Assembly: GCA_018238155.1 (NCBI GenBank)
Contig: JABCTZ010000003.1
Span: 32,001 to 96,000 of the forward strand
Direction: 5' to 3'
Origin: Candidatus Heimdallarchaeota archaeon
Lineage (GTDB): Archaea > Asgardarchaeota > Heimdallarchaeia > JABLTI01
DNA length: 64,000 nucleotides
The notes beneath the pieces are model-generated. The model ran no database searches. It saw nothing but the letters and a program-made list of their open reading frames with translations, and had not been told where the DNA came from. A program made the position numbers and the translations under genes. Shown here in pieces: positions 28,082-36,935 of this stretch (positions within the stretch are counted from its first letter, which is position 1; each line of letters begins with the position of its first letter).

Positions 28082-30805
28082 ATGAGGTTGTCCATTATGC
28101 GAAGTTCTGTTTTCCCTTTGTTTTTTAAAAAAATTTCTAAGCAAACATCTCCAACATTTATTATTAGTTTAATTATTTTCAATTTTTTTGGAATAGTTTT
28201 CATTTCAAATGCTCTGATTTCAAAAACTCAATTTGAGGAAGGATTATCTCACGAAACACTAATTGACATTGATGGAGATATAATGCCTCCTGGTTTCGAC
28301 CAATTAGAAATTGAAAATATTCTGTATAATTTTGAAAATATTAACATTAGTAAAGACTTAGATTTGGATTTTGGTTTAGTAATTGGTATTCAAATAGACG
28401 ATGACAATGATAGTTTGATTATTCCATTTATTGGATTGAGTGAAGAACTTCTACATAAATTAAACATTACAAATAGTCATTCTGTTATTAGTGATATTGG
28501 AACAACACAAATTAATATCACTAACGTTGAAAATACTTCTAATCATTTAATGATAGAACTAAGTTCAAATGAAAATTTAATCAAGAATGAATTATATATG
28601 AATATTTTAAGAAAAAGTCAATTTCATAGTCTTGGATTAAGTTCTCAAATAATTGATTATTGGAAATTCTCAATCATTGGAAATTTGAGTTATTGTTTAA
28701 ATATTATTTCTGAGTTAGAAATTAGCAATGCTAAAGTAGGGGGATTCTTCTATGGGTATGTTAATAATGAATTATATAGTCAAACTACAATCAAGCAATT
28801 AGATAATCTAGTAGAAGAATTCGAGATTAAGTTATTTCAAAAGCTTATAATAATTGGCATAAATCCATATTCAATAGTTATTGAATCAAAATTAAGAACA
28901 GCAATAAATAATATTGAAGCCAATATTGGTGAAGAAATAATGTCTACTCAGTTTCTTAGTATTCCAAGTATCATACTAATATTATTACTAATCTTTTCTT
29001 TGGAATTGGGCATAACCTCTTATTTTAGAAAACTTCGATCAATACTTAATTCAAGAGGTTTATCTAAAAAAAGAACAAAAATCCTTTTTTTCACTATTGA
29101 ATTAGTTTCTGATCTTTTTGCATGTCTTCTAACTATACTCTTTTATTCAATTATGGTTTTTGTACTAAAAATCCATCATCCACTTATATTTATATTATTG
29201 AAATCTCTAGGAACCACTCTACTTATATTGGTTCTTTGCAAATCTCTAAATTTCTTTCTGTTAAAAGATAAGGAATTATTCAAGAACAAACAAGTAAATA
29301 AACACACTCGAAAGAAGAAAGAAACTAATAAACTAAAAATCATTAGCTTAGTATTACTTCTATTAATAATTTCATTACAAATAGTAAGGCATATTGAACC
29401 ATTATTTTGGTTTCCTATAATTTCAGGAATAAAAGGCATTCTATTTGATATAATCTCTTTAATTATAATTTTTGTTAATCTGGTTATTTTGTATTTACCA
29501 AACTCTTACACTACCAGAAAAACAAACCAAGAAAATATCGATTCTTTAATTAAAGGATTCTTTAATAAAACCGTAAAGAAAGTCAAAGTACATCGCATGG
29601 CAATTTTTGGTTTTTTCACGATTATGACCTTTCTGCTAGTAAATCTAACTACTACTAAACTGTATAGTACTTCTGAAAATAATGAATATCTTTTTGATTT
29701 CAGCATCTTAATAAAATCTTCTGAAGAGCTTGGAATTGAATCCAATGAAATATTCAATTTAACAAGAAATTTTCCAGAATTAAAAAACCTTACTCTTCTT
29801 AATACTTTTCCTAGTTCTATACTCTCAAAAAGAAGTTTGGATAGTGTACAGATTTTTGCGTTTAACAGTACTATCTATTCTTCGAAAAATCTAGGAAGAG
29901 ATAGATTTCTTTGTAATACAAAATTAACTAATAACGATATTTTTAGTAGGATGAACAAAACTACTATTATTCTCAACAAAAAACTAGCTGAAAAAATTGG
30001 CGCGAGAATTGGAAGTAATATCTCTTTAGAAGCAAATCATTTTGCTTCTGTTAATGGTTCATTTGTTTCAATTTCAAGAAATAATCTTAAGGTAATTGGA
30101 ATTCTGGATTCGTTCCATATTCCAAATATTTGGAGTTTTATTACTCCATTTGCATATATTGATTATACTCTATTTGAGGATTTAAGAGGAAGTAAAGGTC
30201 TACCAGTTCTTCCTATGGAGTTTTCTTTTGATCTTCAATATGAAGAAACGAATTCAACAATAATAGAAAATTTACAAATCCAAACAATTGAGAAAATCAA
30301 AGAAACATTGAACTTACATACTGGATCCATTACGATAACTGATTATGGATTACAATCAACTCATTATAGTGAATTGCATTATACGAGTCAATTATGTTTT
30401 ATTTGGATTGAGCTCATAATAATTATTATTCTACTACCCTTCACAACTCTTGCGCTTAATAGTAAAATGATGAAGTCATTGAAACCATTTCTTCGGATAA
30501 TTGAATCAAGAGGTTATAGTAATAAAATGATGCGAAGAATCTATACAAAAGAGATGTTTTCTACTCTAACCTCTAGTTTAATGCTTGGTATAACTGTTGG
30601 TTTGATAACTAGTAATATTTATTTATATTATCAAATACCAACCCTGTTTTTTACCTATCACTTGAACATATTTTATTCAATAATAGCAATTATCTTTGTT
30701 TTATTATTAGGGGGAATAAGTTCGATAGCAATAATACAGATTATTTCAAATAGAAATATTAAGACTCTTAGGACTAATGGAGACCAACAGATATGGCTTA
30801 CATAA
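28082..30805 (+). CDS. FtsX/MacB-like ABC permease (two-lobed)
   Basis: Two TM bundles, each with (I/L)xSRG(L/Y)S; extracellular domains rich in NxS/T sequons. Confidence 0.7.
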   Translation: MRLSIMRSSVFPLFFKKISKQTSPTFIISLIIFNFFGIVFISNALISKTQFEEGLSHETLIDIDGDIMPPGFDQLEIENILYNFENINISKDLDLDFGLVIGIQIDDDNDSLIIPFIGLSEELLHKLNITNSHSVISDIGTTQINITNVENTSNHLMIELSSNENLIKNELYMNILRKSQFHSLGLSSQIIDYWKFSIIGNLSYCLNIISELEISNAKVGGFFYGYVNNELYSQTTIKQLDNLVEEFEIKLFQKLIIIGINPYSIVIESKLRTAINNIEANIGEEIMSTQFLSIPSIILILLLIFSLELGITSYFRKLRSILNSRGLSKKRTKILFFTIELVSDLFACLLTILFYSIMVFVLKIHHPLIFILLKSLGTTLLILVLCKSLNFFLLKDKELFKNKQVNKHTRKKKETNKLKIISLVLLLLIISLQIVRHIEPLFWFPIISGIKGILFDIISLIIIFVNLVILYLPNSYTTRKTNQENIDSLIKGFFNKTVKKVKVHRMAIFGFFTIMTFLLVNLTTTKLYSTSENNEYLFDFSILIKSSEELGIESNEIFNLTRNFPELKNLTLLNTFPSSILSKRSLDSVQIFAFNSTIYSSKNLGRDRFLCNTKLTNNDIFSRMNKTTIILNKKLAEKIGARIGSNISLEANHFASVNGSFVSISRNNLKVIGILDSFHIPNIWSFITPFAYIDYTLFEDLRGSKGLPVLPMEFSFDLQYEETNSTIIENLQIQTIEKIKETLNLHTGSITITDYGLQSTHYSELHYTSQLCFIWIELIIIIILLPFTTLALNSKMMKSLKPFLRIIESRGYSNKMMRRIYTKEMFSTLTSSLMLGITVGLITSNIYLYYQIPTLFFTYHLNIFYSIIAIIFVLLLGGISSIAIIQIISNRNIKTLRTNGDQQIWLT

Positions 30806-31455
30806 CTATTGAATCGTTATATAAAATCTATCAAGGAACGGTAGAAACAGTTGCTTTAGAGAATTTCAATGGAAAAATCGATAAGGGTGAAGCTGTTGCC
30901 ATTGCAGGACCAAGTGGGAGTGGAAAGACCACTCTTCTATCCTGTATAGGTGGCGTTTTGAAACCAACTAGTGGACGGATACTAATAGATGGTCATGATA
31001 TTACCAAGCTTTCTGATGAAGAATTGGTTATTCACCGGAGAGATCAAGTGGGTTTAATATATCAAGACTTTAATCTGATAGATGAATTCTCTATCTTCGA
31101 AAACGTTAGTCTACCATTGCTCATCGCAAAAAAACCTTTTTCAGAGATTAAAGAGCGTGTTAGCTATCTCCTTGAAATTTTAAACATTCAACGCTATGAA
31201 AAAACTTTCCCAAACTTCCTTTCAGGTGGTGAGAAACAACGAGTAGCTATTGCAGTTGCTCTAGCAAATGACCCTGGTATTATCTTGGCTGATGAACCTA
31301 CCGGTAATCTTGATCTAGCTTCTCGTGGTACAGTTATTGATCTCCTTATTGAGAAAAGTAAGGAACTCAATAAAGTATTGCTTATTGCTACTCATGATCC
31401 TTTCATTATGGAAAAAGTTGACCGGGTCATCGAACTTCCCAAATTGCAAAGGTGA
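30793..31455 (+). CDS. ABC ATP-binding protein (LolD/MacB type)
   Basis: [35 protein letters not shown]. Confidence 0.93.
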   Translation: MAYITIESLYKIYQGTVETVALENFNGKIDKGEAVAIAGPSGSGKTTLLSCIGGVLKPTSGRILIDGHDITKLSDEELVIHRRDQVGLIYQDFNLIDEFSIFENVSLPLLIAKKPFSEIKERVSYLLEILNIQRYEKTFPNFLSGGEKQRVAIAVALANDPGIILADEPTGNLDLASRGTVIDLLIEKSKELNKVLLIATHDPFIMEKVDRVIELPKLQR

Positions 31456-31462
31456 TTCTCTC

Positions 31463-33790
31463 TTGAAATTTTCATTACTATTTTTTAGAAGACATTGGAA
31501 ATTATATTCAAACCATTTCTTCTTTACTTTTCTAACTATTCTCATTGTTTGCTTATCCTCGCTAGGAGGTGCTACAGTTGATAGAATAACAATTGCTAGT
31601 TTTCTGGATGAACAAAGTAATGATTTAGAGGTTTCAGTTAATCTTAAGTGGGGCTATTCTTCAGCTAATTTTTCTGATCTGTCAACTAATCAATTAGCAT
31701 GGCTTGATATTAGATCTCAATGGGCAAGGTTAATTTCGAATGACTATTCACTTGTTTTCATAGATTACTTGATTAATGATTCACTGTATACTATTGGTAT
31801 TGATTTTGCTGATAAATCATATAATCAGAAGCTACAAGCATTTCCTTTCAGCTTTGTTAATTTTTTCAAAAACAATATTTCATTAGATTATTTCCAACCA
31901 AATACTGTAATGCCTTTTGATATCAGTATAATCTTTACATACGAATATCTAACTTCTTTAGACCTTTCTAGTTTTAATATTACGTCTGAAAATTCACAAA
32001 TTGGTTATGCAATTGACTTTAAGAGTAATAGAATTAGCTCACCATCTAATTATAAGAAACGATCTTTAGAGATAATTGAATCTTTTGAGACCAATTTAAT
32101 AATAGCTGATTTAGTTATTGGTGGTTCTATTGAAGATAACTCTCAAAGAATTGAAAGTGTATTGTCATTTAAGGAAACATTTGATTCATTAATTCTTTTA
32201 GTTTCATTTATTGCTATTCTTCTGGCTCTTTGGTTAAATGAGTTTTTCACTGACAATTTTATTAATAGAATAACTCCAATTATTGACAAACTGATTAATA
32301 GAGGGTTAGATTTACGAAGGAAAAATTCAGTGACTATTCTATTACCAAGCCTAACTGATTTATTTACTTTCTTGGTTATTGGAATAGCTCTATTAATACT
32401 AAATTTCATTATAAGTTTAAACCTTATTCCAACAGCAATAATTCTTGGGCTATTTTGCTTGATATTAACATATAAAAACTATAGGAAATACAAAGACTCT
32501 AATCAAGTTGCTTACAATTCAAAATCTATTGTGACCTTCATAGTAATTTTGCTGATTGTATCCTTACTACCAATACTTGTCAAACAATTTACCTATGAAC
32601 TAATACCTGATATAATCTTTTCATATCTTGTACTTTTTTCTCAAACCGTACAATATTTCATACTGACATTGTTGATAACAGAGCTTTTCATTCAAAAAGT
32701 ATTCAATAATATTTTCAAAAAGAATAAAATCAATAATTTGGTGTACAAATTAATAAGTTTGAAGGAAAATTGGGTTAGACATTTGTTTCACTCCACCTTA
32801 CTTTTAATATGGGGGACAACAATTATTACTGGAAGTTTTCAAACCTTTACCGTTAATTATGATTTAAACTATAATTTGGAACATCCAACAGATATGGTTG
32901 TTGAAACTGATGTTTTTCTATTCAATGTTTCACAAATACAGACTAGCTCTTATTTTGCTCAAGTGCTTCCAATATCACATACACAAGAAAATTTCTTTGT
33001 GGATTATGACCTTTATCTAATGGATTTCACGATTTTACCAGAAATTGTTCCCAATTACAAAAGATATTATGATTTAACTGAACTAGAAGATGGAATAACT
33101 TACATGTCAAAAGATTTTGCTAAGAAATTTCATTTTGAAGATGGTGATTTTTTCCTTACAAAATTTGGCGATAATGGTTCTAGTTTATATGTTAATCAAG
33201 AGATACAAACAATAAATTATTTCCCTCTAATTAAGCAAATAGAAAATCGCCCATTTATTGTTTCTTCATATAATAAACTATTTTGCAATATCTCATCTGT
33301 TACTACATTATATCTTAATTTAAACACAAACATAACCAAGAAGGATGCAATCAATACTCTTGATATATTACTCAATACTGAATTTCAACTTAAAGAATAT
33401 AACTCTCGAATAAATTATACTCCATTTATTCTTGTATATCAGTTATATTTTATACTGATTGTTACGATTAATATTTTGCTATGCTTAAAACAATTACTAA
33501 ATCAAACAATGAAATCTTTTGCCACATTATATCAAAGAGGAATGAGACATAGAGATATCATGAAACGTCAATTTGATAGCTTATTTCCATCCTTACTAAT
33601 AGCAATTTTGTTAGGAGTATCACTGGGATTTCTGTATTTGAAGCTTCAACTTCTTGCTGCAATCTATACTTCTCCTTTATATGCTCCAATTCGCATTGCT
33701 TTTGGCTATAGTTTTTTGTTGATTCTAATAATACCCATTCTCTATGTTTTGACAATATTTTCACAAAATCAATTTAATATTGATAAATGA
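31463..33790 (+). CDS. FtsX/MacB-like ABC permease 2
   Basis: LINRGL and LYQRGM motifs between TM bundles; TTG 31463 follows a GGTGA SD. The ORF track start of 31325 overlaps the ATPase gene. Confidence 0.68.
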   Translation: MKFSLLFFRRHWKLYSNHFFFTFLTILIVCLSSLGGATVDRITIASFLDEQSNDLEVSVNLKWGYSSANFSDLSTNQLAWLDIRSQWARLISNDYSLVFIDYLINDSLYTIGIDFADKSYNQKLQAFPFSFVNFFKNNISLDYFQPNTVMPFDISIIFTYEYLTSLDLSSFNITSENSQIGYAIDFKSNRISSPSNYKKRSLEIIESFETNLIIADLVIGGSIEDNSQRIESVLSFKETFDSLILLVSFIAILLALWLNEFFTDNFINRITPIIDKLINRGLDLRRKNSVTILLPSLTDLFTFLVIGIALLILNFIISLNLIPTAIILGLFCLILTYKNYRKYKDSNQVAYNSKSIVTFIVILLIVSLLPILVKQFTYELIPDIIFSYLVLFSQTVQYFILTLLITELFIQKVFNNIFKKNKINNLVYKLISLKENWVRHLFHSTLLLIWGTTIITGSFQTFTVNYDLNYNLEHPTDMVVETDVFLFNVSQIQTSSYFAQVLPISHTQENFFVDYDLYLMDFTILPEIVPNYKRYYDLTELEDGITYMSKDFAKKFHFEDGDFFLTKFGDNGSSLYVNQEIQTINYFPLIKQIENRPFIVSSYNKLFCNISSVTTLYLNLNTNITKKDAINTLDILLNTEFQLKEYNSRINYTPFILVYQLYFILIVTINILLCLKQLLNQTMKSFATLYQRGMRHRDIMKRQFDSLFPSLLIAILLGVSLGFLYLKLQLLAAIYTSPLYAPIRIAFGYSFLLILIIPILYVLTIFSQNQFNIDK

Positions 33791-34093
33791 AGATATACAA
33801 TATCGATATGAAATTATGTGAAGTGGCTTCAAAAAGATTAGTGTTCTGCCACAAGCAATCGATATTTTTCTCTAAAAATTAAGAATGAGTAATGCTTCTT
33901 TAAAGTCTAATGAAAGAGTTTCAATACTCTCTCATTATTTAAATGATTTATTGATATTTGCCAAAAAAGTTGCATTAATTATTTTGTTAAATAGTACACT
34001 ATGAACACTTGAGAGAGTTATCTTGAAAATGATTTTCTGATTTCATTTCTTTTAGTAATAAAATTTTAGTACTTTAGTGTATAATATTTCATT

Positions 34094-34918
34094 ATGTCAT
34101 TAATTGTGGGTTTAGTTTATTTTTCAGCTACAGGAAATACTAGAACAATTGCTACTGTCATGAAAAATGAATTAGAAGCAAAAGAAGTAATTGTGAAAGA
34201 ATTTGATATTACTTCATTAACAGACAGAGAAACAGAGATTCCATTTTCAGAGTTCAATTATATTATTTTTGGATTTCCAATTTATGGTCGAAAAATACCT
34301 GTAGTTACCAAAAAATGGCTTGCAACTATTTCAGGAAATAATCAAAGGTGTGGTATGTTTTTCACTTATGGTGGACCTATGCGAGGGGGCATCCATAATG
34401 AAACAAGGGCTTTACTAGAAGCACGAAACTTTGTTGTTATTGCTTCTGCTGAATTGTTAGGAAAACACTCATTCAATGTAGCAAAAGGTTGGGAGCTTTT
34501 GAAAGGTCATCCTAATGTTGATGATTTCGATATCACAAAAGAATATACACATAAGCTGCTCGAGAAATTTACCAGAGCAATTATTGAACCAATTGAATTT
34601 CTAGTTGCTGAAGATAATTTACTACCACTTGATCCAAATAGAAAGCGTATAAGAATGATAACTCAACATCCAACTAGACGTGATAAAGAATGTTGTATGT
34701 GTCGTGATTGTGAAGAATTGTGTTCTACTGGCGCATTTAGTGCTGATTTTGGAAAAGCCGATACTGAAAAGTGTATTCTTTGCATGAGATGTGTAAGCAT
34801 TTGCCCTGATCAGGTAATTGAGATTAACGATATGACTGAATGTTTTCAAGATTTTGTTGAGAGTTTGGGATTAACTCCTGAATTACTTGCTAGTAGAAAG
34901 AGTCAATATTTCATCTGA
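34094..34918 (+). CDS. EFR1-type flavodoxin-ferredoxin fusion
   Basis: YFSATGNT, FGFPIY; CCMCRDCEELC and CILCMRCVSICP. Confidence 0.88.
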   Translation: MSLIVGLVYFSATGNTRTIATVMKNELEAKEVIVKEFDITSLTDRETEIPFSEFNYIIFGFPIYGRKIPVVTKKWLATISGNNQRCGMFFTYGGPMRGGIHNETRALLEARNFVVIASAELLGKHSFNVAKGWELLKGHPNVDDFDITKEYTHKLLEKFTRAIIEPIEFLVAEDNLLPLDPNRKRIRMITQHPTRRDKECCMCRDCEELCSTGAFSADFGKADTEKCILCMRCVSICPDQVIEINDMTECFQDFVESLGLTPELLASRKSQYFI

Positions 34919-35184
34919 ATCATGTTGAAGTTACATAAAAGTAACTTATAATAGCCTTTTTTTTCATTTTTTTTTGTGTTGAACATCTTCCCAATAAGAA
35001 AAATGATGGACTGTAACTCTATCGACAAAACGTTGAAAATGGAATTATCTTTCTGAAACAACAATAATTCTAATATATGAGATAAATCATCAAACATAAT
35101 GTTGTTTAGAGAACTTTAGGGGAAGTTCATGTATTGCTTTCTTCAATTATTTTTTAAATAGCTTGAAAAACTGGAGAATAGATT

Positions 35185-35712
35185 ATGAGGAGAAAAATAA
35201 TAAATGCTTATTTGCTAATTTTTATGATAGGAATTAGTTTCGTGTTTCCAAGTTCTATGAATGCTATGGCAACTGATACTGATAGAATAATAAAAGTGAG
35301 GCTCACCTGGCTAGAGTTTAACTGTACTAATTCACGTGATGGCAACCAAGATAATGGTGAATTTTATCTACAAATAAAATATTATAAAGACCGTAGGTGT
35401 TGGGTAAAAAGAAAAACCACTATTGAGCGTATATGTGTTGGTTTAGCAACTGATATTAATAAAAAAATCACTCTACGAAAATTAACCCTTGGTAGTGAAA
35501 TGTTTGTTCGTCTATTTGATAGAGATTTCTTTAATTGTGATGATTTGGTTATTAATGGTAGTGTCGAGAATCATGGTCGTAGAGGTGATGATAATGATTG
35601 GGCATCTGTGAAGATCCCTTCAAGTTTAATCATTAATATGCTTTATTCTTTCACTATAAAAAGTGAAGATACTGATGAATATATTATTTTTACAATTGAA
35701 CGATTAAAATAA
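35185..35712 (+). CDS. Secreted protein, C2-domain-like (paralog 2)
   Basis: Signal peptide nearly identical to that of 27532; DGNQDNGEFYL, RKT, VRLFDRDFFNCDDLV. Confidence 0.65.
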   Translation: MRRKIINAYLLIFMIGISFVFPSSMNAMATDTDRIIKVRLTWLEFNCTNSRDGNQDNGEFYLQIKYYKDRRCWVKRKTTIERICVGLATDINKKITLRKLTLGSEMFVRLFDRDFFNCDDLVINGSVENHGRRGDDNDWASVKIPSSLIINMLYSFTIKSEDTDEYIIFTIERLK

Positions 35713-35843
35713 TGTAATTGCTTATTTTTTCTCTTTTTTGACTTCTGTGTGAAACTAAAGAGTAAAAAGAGAAATCTCATTATTTAGGTATATTGCTTGA
35801 GAAGGCATTTGCATTTGGCCATCCTTCTCGCTCGAGGGCTTTG

Positions 35844-36125
35844 TCAAGACATCTTAAGAATTTTTAAAACTTTGTGACGACAAATAAACGTATGAGGTAC
35901 GGGACCTAAGTATTCACCCATTGCGTGACCATATACCGGTTTCTTAGAATTAGAGCTTATGATGTCTTTTTTCCCTTGAAGTATCTCAACTTTTTTACGA
36001 TGAACATGCGACCCATTTCCAAGTTTCGAAGAGGTAATTAATGAATCTATTAAGGATGTGTCTCCTACAATCATAATATCCAATAATCCATCATCAATAT
36101 GGAAATGTCGTGGGCGATACCTGAA
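35844..36125 (-). pseudogene. C-terminal remnant of a diacylglycerol kinase (YegS/DagK) family gene
   Basis: Reads IDDGLLDIMIVGD...GSHV...KKV...GEYLGPVPHTF...VLKIL; no N-terminal GGDG domain, and the GrpB gene ends about 60 nt upstream. Confidence 0.6.
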
Positions 36126-36184
36126 TATTGAGTTTACTAAAGCAAAATAATAAACAATGATTTTGTAAAAAGAAACGTTAGTAT

Positions 36185-36715
36185 CTAGCTTGTGTATTTC
36201 TTCTTCTCTTTACTAGCTTTACTTTCAACTTTTTTAATGAATTTAGCTTTTCCTTCTGAGTAAGCAATTTGATCGTCTTTGTATTTTTTTGCTAATTCCA
36301 CTTTAAGCTTATTGTACTCTTTTGCTGTTTCAGGGTGACCACGTAAATACTCTCTAAGAAGAATGTTCCTTTTCCAACTTTCAGTATTCATTTCAACTAA
36401 GTAAAGCTGGACTTTTGTTCCATCTATTGATTTAACAAGTGCTTTTCTTTCTGAATCATCCTCTGCCTTTTTTACCTCAAGAGAGTAACCAATTCCCTTA
36501 AGCAAAGTAATACATTTATCGATATCACTTAGACTTTCTATGCCAACCATAATATCTATTATTGGTTTTGCACCCAGTCCTGGTACCGCTGTACTACCAA
36601 TATGTTCAACATGAATTCCAAGTTCACTTATTTTTGTTGAAATTCTTTCTCGTTCTTCCCTAAATAACTCTGGCCATTTGGGATTGTATTTAACGATGAT
36701 TACTGGAGCACTCAT
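36185..36715 (-). CDS. GrpB/UPF0157 family nucleotidyltransferase-fold protein
   Basis: YNPKWP, EHIGSTAVPGLGAKPIIDI, REYLR, YSEGK. Confidence 0.92.
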   Translation of the reverse strand: MSAPVIIVKYNPKWPELFREERERISTKISELGIHVEHIGSTAVPGLGAKPIIDIMVGIESLSDIDKCITLLKGIGYSLEVKKAEDDSERKALVKSIDGTKVQLYLVEMNTESWKRNILLREYLRGHPETAKEYNKLKVELAKKYKDDQIAYSEGKAKFIKKVESKASKEKKKYTS

Positions 36716-36935
36716 ACAGAATTTTCCGCTCTACTCTTATTTCAAGTTTACTAAAGTGGAAAAAGATTTCAATATTGGATTAAATCTATCAAATTTCTAA
36801 CTATCATTATTTTAAATCCATTTCTAAAATCTTTTTACTTTCAAATGCTCTCAAGATAGAAATATCTGAAACCTTTTTAATACACCTTTTAATGAATGAT
36901 TGTAACGGAAAAAGCTTGTTGAGGGATACATATCG

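Noticed and set aside
31325-31462. N-terminal 46 codons of the 821-aa ORF
   Set aside because: Overlaps the ABC ATPase gene; the SD-supported TTG at 31463 is the more plausible start.
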